Shown here one piece after another: positions 1 through 8,731 of a stretch of 34,513 nt of DNA. How positions within the stretch are numbered: position 1 is the stretch's first letter; every line of letters begins with the position of its first letter. Location: the IMG/VR virus record IMGVR_UViG_3300005512_000154, positions 1 to 34,513 of that record; one strand, written 5' to 3'. The notes under the pieces are model-generated. The model ran no database searches, was not told the origin of the DNA, and was given only the letters and a program-made list of their open reading frames with translations. A program made the translations under genes and the position numbers. This DNA is from a virus (taxonomy: Duplodnaviria; Caudoviricetes).

Positions 1-50
1 CGATCTCGCGTCGTGTTTGTGTGTGAGAACGAGTTCCAAAGGAGTGGCCC

Positions 51-284
51 GTGGGCCGTGTCGATGACCTGAGGGCCGACTACGACCGGCTCGGGCGCCT
101 ACTCGAAGCCGAGGACGACGGCGCCAAGGCGGCAGCGCTGAGCCGGGAACGCCGGCTGATCGGCGAACTGCTCGAGTCGCTCGAAGCCCCGACGGAGGTG
201 AGCGTTGTCGATCAACTGGCAGCGCGACGCAACACCGTCGCCAAAGCTCCTGGTTCTACCCCCAAGCGCCGCAAGTCTGGATGA
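51..284 (+). CDS. terS: Terminase small subunit (actinophage type)
   Basis: AAGGAG RBS before the GTG start; helical 77-aa protein with AALSRE...VDQLAARR pattern; directly upstream of and overlapping terL. Confidence 0.75.
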   Translation: MGRVDDLRADYDRLGRLLEAEDDGAKAAALSRERRLIGELLESLEAPTEVSVVDQLAARRNTVAKAPGSTPKRRKSG

Positions 285-1701
285 GGCGCACGCAGCCACA
301 GAGCTCTGGGAGCACTACTCCCGCAAGTCGCTCGACCCCACCCAGCGGTTGGCCGTCGAGGTGATGATGGCCCAGACCGAATCCGGCACCTGGGCGGCGT
401 CCACGACCGGCCGGGAGATGCCCCGCCAGAACGGCAAGGGCGACGAGGTCGAGGTCGTGGAGCTGTGGGGGCTCGTCCAGCGGAACGAAGCAATACTGCA
501 CACGATCCACGACGCCGTGCTGCTCGCCACGCAGACCCAGCAGCGGATGTTGACCGTGCTCGAACACCCGGACCTGCGCCGCAAGGTCAAGCGCAAGTGG
601 CTCGGCACCGGCCAGCAGATGATCGAGATGCGAGGCGGCGGAATCGTCTGGTACCGCACCCGCACCGGTGGCGGCGGCCGAGGCGTCGACGACATCGACC
701 GTCTGGTGGTGGACGAGGCGCAGCACGCCACTGATGAGCAGATGGCGGCGGTCACTCCGACGCTGCTGGCGAACGACAACCCGCAACTGAACGCCCTCGG
801 TACCGCCGGCCTGCCTGGCAAGTCTGAGTGGTGGTGGAAGATGCGCCGTCGAGCCTTGACTGATGACCCCGGCGCCTTCGGGTATGTCGGCCACACTGCC
901 GAAGATGTCCACATCGAAGGTGGCGAGGTCGTCCAGCCACCCATTGACGCCACCGACCGGGATTTGTGGATGGCCGCCAATCCGGCCGTATCACAGGGTC
1001 GCGGCGGCGGGATGGACTTCCTGGCCGAGCAGCTTCGCCGCCTCGGCGACGAAGAATTCGCCAGGGAGCACCTCGGGGTATGGGCGCCACCGCCGGGGGA
1101 TGCTGCTCGTCCTGTGAAACTGCCGGCCGACCGGTGGGAGCAGACGGTGGTCGACGCGCCGCCGGCCATTGCACCCGGCGAGGTCACCCTCGCTTTCAGT
1201 GTGAACCGTGACGGCTCGCACACGTCCATCGCCATCGCCCACGGCGAGGCATCCTCGCCGTATGTCGAGCTGATCGACCACCGCCCCGATGTCGGCTGGC
1301 TCCCTGACCGCCTGGTCGAGCTGGTGCGACGCTGGGAACCTACGGCAGTCGGTTGCAACGGTGCCGGCGCGTCAGCATCCCAGGTTGGCCCCGTGCTCGC
1401 AGCGTTGCGTTCCGAGGGGCTCACAGTGGAGATCGACCAACTGTCCGCCGGCCGTTACAAGGCGGCGTGCGGCGGCCTGTTCGCTGATGTGCTCGAGGGC
1501 CGGCTCCGCCGGTTGGATGGCCAGGGGCCGCTTGACATTGCTGCCGGTGACGCCACCGAACGTCCGCTGGGTGATGCTTGGGCGTGGGACATGCGCCAGG
1601 CCACGGTCCCGATATCACCCTTGGACGCCGTGACGGTGGCCAGGGCATTGCTCACCGAAGCGCCGGCCACTGATGCGCCGCGCTCACTCGTTGCCTTCTG
1701 A
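205..1701 (+). CDS. terL: Terminase large subunit
   Basis: Walker A-like MPRQNGKG, Walker B LVVDEAQ, FAREHLG, C-terminal ISPLDAVT nuclease motif; precedes portal; start codon (TTG 205) uncertain. Confidence 0.93.
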   Translation: MSINWQRDATPSPKLLVLPPSAASLDEAHAATELWEHYSRKSLDPTQRLAVEVMMAQTESGTWAASTTGREMPRQNGKGDEVEVVELWGLVQRNEAILHTIHDAVLLATQTQQRMLTVLEHPDLRRKVKRKWLGTGQQMIEMRGGGIVWYRTRTGGGGRGVDDIDRLVVDEAQHATDEQMAAVTPTLLANDNPQLNALGTAGLPGKSEWWWKMRRRALTDDPGAFGYVGHTAEDVHIEGGEVVQPPIDATDRDLWMAANPAVSQGRGGGMDFLAEQLRRLGDEEFAREHLGVWAPPPGDAARPVKLPADRWEQTVVDAPPAIAPGEVTLAFSVNRDGSHTSIAIAHGEASSPYVELIDHRPDVGWLPDRLVELVRRWEPTAVGCNGAGASASQVGPVLAALRSEGLTVEIDQLSAGRYKAACGGLFADVLEGRLRRLDGQGPLDIAAGDATERPLGDAWAWDMRQATVPISPLDAVTVARALLTEAPATDAPRSLVAF

Positions 1702-1711
1702 GGAGTTCCCA

Positions 1712-1852
1712 GTGGATCTGCCGTCTGACCTGCTCAAGTTGTTGGGCGGCCTGTCGCTGGTTGTGGCCGGTGCGATGGTCGCCCCGGTTGTCGGTGTTGC
1801 GGTGGCCGGTGTGCTGCTGCTCGTTGCCGGCTGGCTCACGGAGCGGCTCTGA
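1712..1852 (+). CDS. Small membrane protein (46 aa) between terminase and portal
   Basis: AGGAG RBS at 1701-1705, GTG at 1712, MDLPSDLLKLLGGLSLVVAGAMVAPVVGVAVAGVLLLVAGWLTERL; TGATG overlap with the portal start; below the ORF-track length cutoff. Confidence 0.75.
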   Translation: MDLPSDLLKLLGGLSLVVAGAMVAPVVGVAVAGVLLLVAGWLTERL

Positions 1853-3048
1853 TGGCGTGGTTCCGGCGGGATCGCCGCGAAGATGCCGAGCAGCGTTCGT
1901 GGGCGATGTCGCAGTTGTCCCAGCCGTGGTCAAACTACGGTGTGGCGTCCTCCGGGCGGGTTGTGACCATCGACCGTGCCCTGCATGACGACGCAGTGTG
2001 GGCGTGTGTCGACCTGATTGCCTCCAGTGTGGCCTCGTTGCCGGTCGATGCAGTCCGAAAGGACGGCGATGCACGCCTTCCGGTGACCCCCAAGCCCGCC
2101 CTGCTGGCGGCTCCGTCGACGATGGTTGACTCCGACGTGTGGCGCTACCAGGTGGCCTGGTCGATGGCGACCGACGGAAACGCCTGGGGTGTCGTCACCT
2201 CGACGAACCAGCGGGGCTATCCGGTCACCATCGAGACACTCAATCCGGCCAGCATCACCAATCGGCGCGTCGAGGATGGCGTGCCGACGGTGCGTGTGGA
2301 CGGCGAGGGCGATATGCGCCGGTACCCGGCCGGCGACCTGTGGCACGCTCCCGGCAAGATGGTCCCGGCCGGCAGCTGGTACGCCCTGTCGCCCATCGAG
2401 TACGGCGCCACCGAGATCGACGGCTCGCTGGCCGTCCAGTCGTTCGGCTCCCGGTTCTTCACCGACGGCGGGCACCCCTCGGCGGTGGTCTACACCGACC
2501 AGGACATCGACGCCGAGCAGGCGCAGGCGCTCAAGCAGGCGTGGCTCAAGGCCACATCTGGCAGTCGTGAGCCGGCAGTGTTCGGCAACGGCTGGAAGTA
2601 TGAGCCGATCCAGTCGGACCCTGAGTCGGCTGCACTCATCGAGTCGATGCGGATGGCGGCTGTGAAGGTGGCCCGCCGCTTCGGTGTTCCGCCAGCGATG
2701 ATCTTCGCTGCGATGGCGGGCGAGTCGATCACCTACCAGAACGTCGCCCAGGCCGACCTCGGCTACCTGAAGCACTCGCTCGACCGCTACCTGGTCCGCA
2801 TCGAGACAGCGCTGGGAGCCGTGATGCCGGGACCGCAGGTCGTGAAGTTCAACCGTGACGCCCTGCTCAGGGCCGACACGTCTACCCGCTACGCAGCCCA
2901 TGAGGTGGCGCTGCGAAACAAGTGGCGCACCGTCAACGAGGTTCGACGCCTCGAGGACGAGAAGCCGTTCGACGACGACCAATACGACGATCCAGGCGTG
3001 CCGGGTGGGGCACCACTGCCGGCACCGTCCGGAGGTTCCAGCACATGA
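1852..3048 (+). CDS. HK97-family portal protein
   Basis: VWACVDLIASSVASLP, GNAWG, VARRFGVPPAMI and TVNEVRRLED portal motifs; position after terL. Confidence 0.95.
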   Translation: MAWFRRDRREDAEQRSWAMSQLSQPWSNYGVASSGRVVTIDRALHDDAVWACVDLIASSVASLPVDAVRKDGDARLPVTPKPALLAAPSTMVDSDVWRYQVAWSMATDGNAWGVVTSTNQRGYPVTIETLNPASITNRRVEDGVPTVRVDGEGDMRRYPAGDLWHAPGKMVPAGSWYALSPIEYGATEIDGSLAVQSFGSRFFTDGGHPSAVVYTDQDIDAEQAQALKQAWLKATSGSREPAVFGNGWKYEPIQSDPESAALIESMRMAAVKVARRFGVPPAMIFAAMAGESITYQNVAQADLGYLKHSLDRYLVRIETALGAVMPGPQVVKFNRDALLRADTSTRYAAHEVALRNKWRTVNEVRRLEDEKPFDDDQYDDPGVPGGAPLPAPSGGSST

Positions 3049-3839
3049 CCCACCCGACAGACAACCTGGTGCGAGCCTTCCACGCCCCCGAAGCGGCGCT
3101 GCTGCGAGTGGACGGCGACGGCGGCGCGGACGGCAACACGCTGTTCGGCCACTTCGCCGTGTTCAACGAGTGGACTGAGATCAACTCGTCGTTTGAGGGC
3201 CGCTTCCTCGAGCGCATCGCCCCCGGCGCCTTCGAGGACAGCTTCACCAGTCGCAGTGACTCGGTGCGGGTGCTGTACGACCACGGGCATGACCCGATGA
3301 TCGGCAACAAGCCGCTCGGCAACCCGCGGGTGATGGCCGAGGACGAACGGGGCGCCTACTACGAGGTCGACCTGTTCGATACCAACTATGTCAGCGAACT
3401 GCGGCCCGCCCTGGAGGCTGGCCAGCTTGGTGCGTCGTTCCGGTTCCGGGTGTCCGCCGAGCGGTGGCGCTCACCCGACAAGGCAACCGCCGACAACCCC
3501 GACAAGCTCGAGGAACGCACCATTACCGGCGTTGAGCTGTACGAGTTCGGACCGGTGACATTCCCGGCCTACTCGGCGGCCACGGCCGGTCTGCGGTCTC
3601 GCACCGACGAGTTCCACGAAATGCTTCTCGACCCCACCTTCGCCGTCCGGTTCGCCGAACGGGTCGGCCCCAAGGTGGTCGAGCACCTGATCGCCAAGCT
3701 GCCGGACGGCGTCCGCAGCGACAGCACACCGACAGAACAGCCCGCCGGCGGCGGCTCGGAAGTCGAAACCCCCAAACAGACGAAGGCGGCACGCCCCGTG
3801 GCGGCTGCCATTACTGATCTTCGAAAGAGGAAGCAATGA
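3045..3839 (+). CDS. HK97-family prohead maturation protease
   Basis: GGAGG RBS, ATGA overlap with portal; FAVFN, ERIAPGAF, LYDH, ASFRF and LYEFGPVTFPAY motifs. Confidence 0.93.
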   Translation: MTHPTDNLVRAFHAPEAALLRVDGDGGADGNTLFGHFAVFNEWTEINSSFEGRFLERIAPGAFEDSFTSRSDSVRVLYDHGHDPMIGNKPLGNPRVMAEDERGAYYEVDLFDTNYVSELRPALEAGQLGASFRFRVSAERWRSPDKATADNPDKLEERTITGVELYEFGPVTFPAYSAATAGLRSRTDEFHEMLLDPTFAVRFAERVGPKVVEHLIAKLPDGVRSDSTPTEQPAGGGSEVETPKQTKAARPVAAAITDLRKRKQ

Positions 3840-5281
3840 AGTACCTGAACGTTCTGCGGGAACAGCTCGCAGCACTGACCGAACAGCGTTCCGCCGCCAT
3901 CGCCGAGATGGAGGCCGTGACCGACGCAGCCGTGGCCGAGGAGCGTTCCGCCCTCACCGCTGAGGAAGATGCGGCGTTCATCGAGGCCCGCGAGAAGGTC
4001 GACAGCCTGGATGCGGAGATTGAAGCCGTGATCCAGCGTGTCGGCGAGCTCGAGGGGCTTGAGGCCCGTCGTGCCGTGGCCGCCACCAAGCCGGTGGAGA
4101 CCTTCCACCACCAGCACCGCACCCCTGACGCCGATTCCGTCGACGTGGCCCGCATGTCTCCCCAAGAGGCCCGCGACGCCGCACTGGCGACCATCGAACG
4201 CAAGGACGAGGTCGGGCTCCGTTCCGATCAGCTCGACCATGTCGAGCGTCTCGTGCGTGCCAACCGTGCGGACTGCCGTGGTGACCTGATCTCGAAGCGG
4301 CTGCTTCTCACCGAGAACGAGGCGTACCGCTCCGCATGGCAGAAGGCCGTCACCCAGCCGGTGCCGTCCTTCACCCCGGACGAGGCCCGCGCCCTCGAAG
4401 AGTTCCGTGCCGCCAGCATCGGCACCGACACCTCGGGCGGATTCGGTGTGCCGGTTCTGATCGACCCGTCAATCATTTTGACCGGTCAGATGTCCGCGAA
4501 CCCGTTCCGGTCGATTTCGAACGTGATCTCGATCACGAACGACGAGTGGAAGGGCGTCAGCTCTGCTGGCGTGTCGTGGAGCTTCGACACTGAGGCTGCG
4601 GAGGTCAGCGATGACACCGCAACCCTGGCGCAGCCCACCATCCCGGCCCACATGGCCCGTGGGTTCATCCCCTACAGCATCGAGGTCGGAGCCGATTACC
4701 CCGGCTTCGCCACCGAGATGTCCCGCCTGCTGGCGGAAGGTGCAGACGAGTTGGAGGCGGAGATGTTCGCCACCGGCACCGGCACCAACCAGCCGACGGG
4801 AATCATCACGGCACTCGACGCCAACACCAACGCAGAGGTTTCGGTCACCACGGCCGGCACCCTCGGTGTTGTCGACATCCGCGCACTGTGGTCGGCGCTG
4901 CCCGCCAGGGCTCGCGGCAACGCCACATGGGTGATGTCCGAGGACATCAACGACGACATCTCGGCGTTCGGGTCCACCTACGGTGCGGACAGCACCGTAG
5001 ACCTGACCGCAGAGGTCGAGGCGCTCAAGTCCCGCCCCGTGGTCATCTCGTCGTACTTCCCCGACAGCACCACCGCAACGACCGCTGCCAACTGGCTGGC
5101 CGTCGGTGACTTCCGGAAGTTCTACATCGTGGACCGCGTCGGCATGAGCGTCGAACTTGTCCCGCACCTGTTCGGACTGACCGCAAACAGGCCCACCGGC
5201 CAGCGCGGTTGGTTCGCCTACAAGCGGGTCGGCTCGGACTCCGTGGACGACACGGCGTTCAGGCTGCTCACCAACACCTGA
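3836..5281 (+). CDS. HK97-fold major capsid protein with N-terminal delta (scaffold) domain
   Basis: Coiled-coil N-terminus, GGFGVP, GTGTNQPTGI, GDFRKFYIVDRVG and GQRGWFAYKRVGS motifs. Confidence 0.96.
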   Translation: MKYLNVLREQLAALTEQRSAAIAEMEAVTDAAVAEERSALTAEEDAAFIEAREKVDSLDAEIEAVIQRVGELEGLEARRAVAATKPVETFHHQHRTPDADSVDVARMSPQEARDAALATIERKDEVGLRSDQLDHVERLVRANRADCRGDLISKRLLLTENEAYRSAWQKAVTQPVPSFTPDEARALEEFRAASIGTDTSGGFGVPVLIDPSIILTGQMSANPFRSISNVISITNDEWKGVSSAGVSWSFDTEAAEVSDDTATLAQPTIPAHMARGFIPYSIEVGADYPGFATEMSRLLAEGADELEAEMFATGTGTNQPTGIITALDANTNAEVSVTTAGTLGVVDIRALWSALPARARGNATWVMSEDINDDISAFGSTYGADSTVDLTAEVEALKSRPVVISSYFPDSTTATTAANWLAVGDFRKFYIVDRVGMSVELVPHLFGLTANRPTGQRGWFAYKRVGSDSVDDTAFRLLTNT

Positions 5282-5287
5282 TGATCC

Positions 5288-5320
5288 GGGCCGGTCGTCC
5301 TTCGGGGCGGCCGGCCCTTG
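5288..5320 (+). terminator. Stable hairpin after the capsid gene (terminator, attenuator or mRNA stabiliser)
   Basis: 13-bp stem GGGCCGGTCGTCC / GGGCGGCCGGCCC (two G-U pairs) closed by a cUUCGg tetraloop; only a short U tail (TTG). Confidence 0.7.
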
Positions 5321-5346
5321 GTCACCCCACACGGGAGGAAATGCTA

Positions 5347-5544
5347 ATGGGCACAACAGAAGTGAAGTACGCAAGGGCGACTGTCTCTGCGGTGTTCGAC
5401 GGCCAGAAGGTCGCCGTGCATCGTGGCGAGGTCTGGCACGCATCCGATCCGTTCGTGAAGTCTCGACCGGACCTGTTCACCGAGGATCCCGTGGTGGTCC
5501 GTGGTGTGCCGGCTGCTGCTCCCCGCAAACGCAATGCCAAGTAA
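5347..5544 (+). CDS. Small post-capsid protein, likely virion-associated
   Basis: GGGAGG RBS; GEVWHASDPFVKSRPDLF resembles small genes that follow actinophage capsid genes; basic C-terminus; alternative ATG at 5341. Confidence 0.7.
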   Translation: MGTTEVKYARATVSAVFDGQKVAVHRGEVWHASDPFVKSRPDLFTEDPVVVRGVPAAAPRKRNAK

Positions 5545-6379
5545 CGACGTGGCGGTGGCATACCTCCACCGCAACCAGGTCGGCCACAACTTCATGCAGT
5601 CCCTGCTCGGGGCATACATGCACGACGTGGGCAGCGGCGCCAGCCGCCTCAACAGCTACATGGCGATGCGGGCCAACTCGTCCGGTCCCACCGACGCCCG
5701 CAACGAGGTCGCAACCGAGTTCCTCGCCAGCGACGACGAGTGGCTCTGGTGGCTGGACGACGACATGGGGTTTCCGGCCGACGCCCTACACAAGCTGCTC
5801 AAGGCGGCCGATCCCACCGAACGTCCCATTGTGGGAGCGCTCTGCTTCGCATGGAAGGAACTGGCGCTCGATGGGATGGGCGGCTACCACTGCGCTGTTC
5901 GCCCCACCATCTACGACTGGGTCGAACACCCCGACGGTCACAAGCGGTTCACCGGCAAGGTGGACTACCCGTCGAACGAGTTGATCCAGGTGGCCGGCAC
6001 CGGTTCGGCGTGCATCGTGATTCACCGTTCGGTGTTCGAGGGCATTGCCGCCCAGTACGAGGAAGATCCTCGCCGGGGCCAGCCGTATGACCGCATCCGT
6101 GGCAGCGACGGCCTGCCGCTCGGTGAGGACATCTCGTTCTGTGTCCGGGCTGCCGGGCTGGGACATCCGATCTACGTCCACACCGGCGTTCAGACCAACC
6201 ATCTCAAGGAACTGTGGGTGTCCGAGGCCACCTACCAGCAGGAGAAGATCCTGTCGGTGGCGCTCGAGCAGATGGGTGTCGAGCAGGACGCACCGGACCA
6301 ACCCACCGACATGCCGGGCACGGTCGAGCTTGACCTGCCGAAACCCAACCGGGCGGCACGTCGGGCCAACAAGAAATGA
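5534..6379 (+). CDS. Glycosyltransferase, GT-A fold (GT2-like)
   Basis: ARNEV, WLWWLDDDM (DxD), GTGSACIVIHRSVFE, GEDISFC and IYVHTGVQTNHLK motifs. Confidence 0.88.
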   Translation: MPSNDVAVAYLHRNQVGHNFMQSLLGAYMHDVGSGASRLNSYMAMRANSSGPTDARNEVATEFLASDDEWLWWLDDDMGFPADALHKLLKAADPTERPIVGALCFAWKELALDGMGGYHCAVRPTIYDWVEHPDGHKRFTGKVDYPSNELIQVAGTGSACIVIHRSVFEGIAAQYEEDPRRGQPYDRIRGSDGLPLGEDISFCVRAAGLGHPIYVHTGVQTNHLKELWVSEATYQQEKILSVALEQMGVEQDAPDQPTDMPGTVELDLPKPNRAARRANKK

Positions 6380-7194
6380 AGCTCGGCCCCGACGCCAGCC
6401 GCTACATCCTCGCCGGCCGGGGTGAACCCGTCGCCCGACCGTTCAACCTGCGATGGCTGCTGCCGGCCATCTGCGGCGACAACGGTCAGCTCTGGTCTTA
6501 CGCCTGGCTCCTGTCGTGGCCCACAGCCGCCGTGGGCGCCTTCTGGTGGGCCTGGGGCATGGGTGCCACCTGGCAGGTCGCGGCGGCAACAGCGGCGCTC
6601 CTGATAGCCCTGCCGGGCGTCCTGGGGCCTGCTGTGGTCCGACCGGTGGGCGTCGACCTGCCAGCGATGGCGGTCACCCTGGTCGCCGCCGGATTCTGGG
6701 CCAACGGCTATCCGATCATTGCCATCGTGGTCGCCATATGGGCGGCCTGCGTCAAGGAAACCCAGCCGGTGTGGCTCGCCCTGTGGGTGTGGTCACCCTG
6801 GCCGCTGGTGGCACTGGTGGCGCCCGCCATCGCTGCCATCGTGCGACGGCCGGCCATCGACCCGGTGACCGCGAACCCGTCGCTGCGGCGGGTGCATGAC
6901 CATCCGATCCGCTCGGCGTTCGAGCATCGTGCCGGCCGCTGGCGCGACGGGTGGCTGATGGTCGCCCCGTGGGGGCTGACCCTACTGGCGCTCGTCGAGC
7001 CGACACCCCAGGTGATCGCCGCCCTGGTGGTCGCCCACCTGCAACTGCTGGTCGCCACCGACACGGTGCGACTCGTCCAGACCGCTGCCGGCCCCGTCAT
7101 GGCGCTGGCGGCCGCCATGTTCATACCCGCACCGTGGCTCCTGCTTGCGGTGATCGTTGCTGCCTTCTGGTGGCGCACACCAGAGCTGGTGTGA
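6376..7194 (+). CDS. Polytopic membrane protein, GT-C-like glycosyltransferase candidate
   Basis: Many hydrophobic Trp-rich helices; N-terminal PDASRY...PFNLRWLLP, loop VD and KET motifs reminiscent of GT-C enzymes; ATGA-coupled to the GT2 gene. Confidence 0.55.
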   Translation: MKLGPDASRYILAGRGEPVARPFNLRWLLPAICGDNGQLWSYAWLLSWPTAAVGAFWWAWGMGATWQVAAATAALLIALPGVLGPAVVRPVGVDLPAMAVTLVAAGFWANGYPIIAIVVAIWAACVKETQPVWLALWVWSPWPLVALVAPAIAAIVRRPAIDPVTANPSLRRVHDHPIRSAFEHRAGRWRDGWLMVAPWGLTLLALVEPTPQVIAALVVAHLQLLVATDTVRLVQTAAGPVMALAAAMFIPAPWLLLAVIVAAFWWRTPELV

Positions 7195-7207
7195 TGGAGG
7201 TTCCGAC

Positions 7208-8044
7208 GTGAGAGTCCAGAAGGGAACCGCCGTCACGGTCCGCACGGACCTGTTCGACGACACACCCTCGTCGGTGACCGTCGCAGCCGTCCGGGCATCC
7301 GATGGCACCACGATCAGTCCGGCACCGTCTGGCACCGTCGTCGGCAAGGCCGTCGACGTGTCGCTGACGGCCGGCGACCATCTTGACCAGATAGACAGTC
7401 TCACCGTCACAGTGTCAGCCACGGTCAGTTCGTTGGCCACCATCCAGGTGTTCACCGTCGACGTGGTCGGCAGCCACTACGTCACCCTCGGGTCGCTCCG
7501 CACCGAACCGCAACTCAGCGACGCCGCCCGGTATCCGGACGCCCTGGTGCAGTCGTTCCGCGACGAGATCGAGGAGCACGTCGAGACGGCCTGCAACGTG
7601 GCGTTCGTGCCGTCGTTCGGCACCGAGTCCCGCATCGGCGACGGCACCTCCACCATCGTGATGCGAACCAACAAGGTCCGCAGCCTCACCGCCCTGACCA
7701 TCGACGGTGTGTCCCAGACGCTCTCCAACTTCGAGCTGCTGGACGGCAACATCCTCCACCACAAGTCGGGCACTTTCGACCACGGCGAACCCATCGTTGT
7801 CACCTTTGAGCACGGCTACGACCGGCCGCCGGCCAAACTGGTCCGCGAGGTCCGCCAGGCCATCCGCTCCGAAATGTTGTCCCGAGGGTCGCAGGCACCC
7901 AACAACAGACTGTGGGAACAGACCGCAGACGGCCTCACCGTCCGCTACTCGACCGCCGACTGGGATGCCCGCCGCTTCACCGGTTCGACTGACTTCGACG
8001 CCGCACTCAACGCCTACCGCTGGCCCGACATTGGGTTTGCCTGA
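7208..8044 (+). CDS. Head-tail adaptor/connector with beta-rich N-terminal extension
   Basis: GGAGG RBS, GTG start; YVTLGSLR...EEHVETACNVAF and VTFEHGYDRPP connector-like motifs; position in the neck module. Confidence 0.7.
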   Translation: MRVQKGTAVTVRTDLFDDTPSSVTVAAVRASDGTTISPAPSGTVVGKAVDVSLTAGDHLDQIDSLTVTVSATVSSLATIQVFTVDVVGSHYVTLGSLRTEPQLSDAARYPDALVQSFRDEIEEHVETACNVAFVPSFGTESRIGDGTSTIVMRTNKVRSLTALTIDGVSQTLSNFELLDGNILHHKSGTFDHGEPIVVTFEHGYDRPPAKLVREVRQAIRSEMLSRGSQAPNNRLWEQTADGLTVRYSTADWDARRFTGSTDFDAALNAYRWPDIGFA

Positions 8045-8502
8045 TGGCGGCGGTCACGAAGCTGCAACGGGTGGCTGCTGCCAACCGGTTGCGCGACTTG
8101 CTCGACACCCGAGGCGGCACCACGGTCATCAAGGGCGCCCCACGCAACGAACAGCAGGGCGAGCTGATAATCGTCGGCGACATCGAGGGTGAACTGTCGG
8201 TCCCGCACATGCAGTCGGGTCGCAAGCAGTACGACGACCGGTTCAGCATCGAGGTGCTTTGCATCGGCTGGGATCCCGGCGCCGAGGACTTCGACTACGT
8301 CGATGAAGCAGTCGAGGGCATGGGCGAACACGTTCACGACGTGGTTGCCGACGCCCCGCAGCTCGAGAGTGGCGGCACGCCGCTCGACGGTGTCGTGTCC
8401 GCCGTGGTCGGCGAGTTCGACGGTCCGAATCGCTGGTGGAATCCAGAAGGTGTCGGCGCTGCGATGCGAATCAAGGTCGACGTACACGTCCGCATGTCCT
8501 GA
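8044..8502 (+). CDS. Putative tail terminator/neck protein
   Basis: TGATG-coupled, 152 aa, alpha/beta pattern, just upstream of the tail tube. Confidence 0.55.
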   Translation: MAAVTKLQRVAAANRLRDLLDTRGGTTVIKGAPRNEQQGELIIVGDIEGELSVPHMQSGRKQYDDRFSIEVLCIGWDPGAEDFDYVDEAVEGMGEHVHDVVADAPQLESGGTPLDGVVSAVVGEFDGPNRWWNPEGVGAAMRIKVDVHVRMS

Positions 8503-8515
8503 CCCAGGAGATCAA

Positions 8516-8728
8516 GTGCAGAAGCTCAAGTACACCGGCCCACATTCGGCCGTGGAAATCGAGGTCGCCCCCCGCAAGTGGGTGACAGTCGAACGAGACG
8601 GCACCATCGAGGCGCCCAAGGCGCTCGCCGACAGCCTGCTCGAGCAGGCCGACAACTGGCAGCAGGTTGGCAAGCCAGCCGAGAAGAAGTCCACCGACAC
8701 CGACGGCCCCGAAGCCGAGGAGAAGTAA
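8516..8728 (+). CDS. Small hypothetical protein upstream of the tail tube
   Basis: AGGAG RBS, GTG at 8516, MQKLKYTGPHSAVEI...; fills the gap before the tube gene. Confidence 0.7.
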   Translation: MQKLKYTGPHSAVEIEVAPRKWVTVERDGTIEAPKALADSLLEQADNWQQVGKPAEKKSTDTDGPEAEEK

Positions 8729-8731
8729 GTC

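Noticed and set aside
205-284. 80-nt terS/terL overlap as a frameshift fusion
   Set aside because: Such overlaps are ordinary in actinophage terminase pairs, and no slippery sequence is evident
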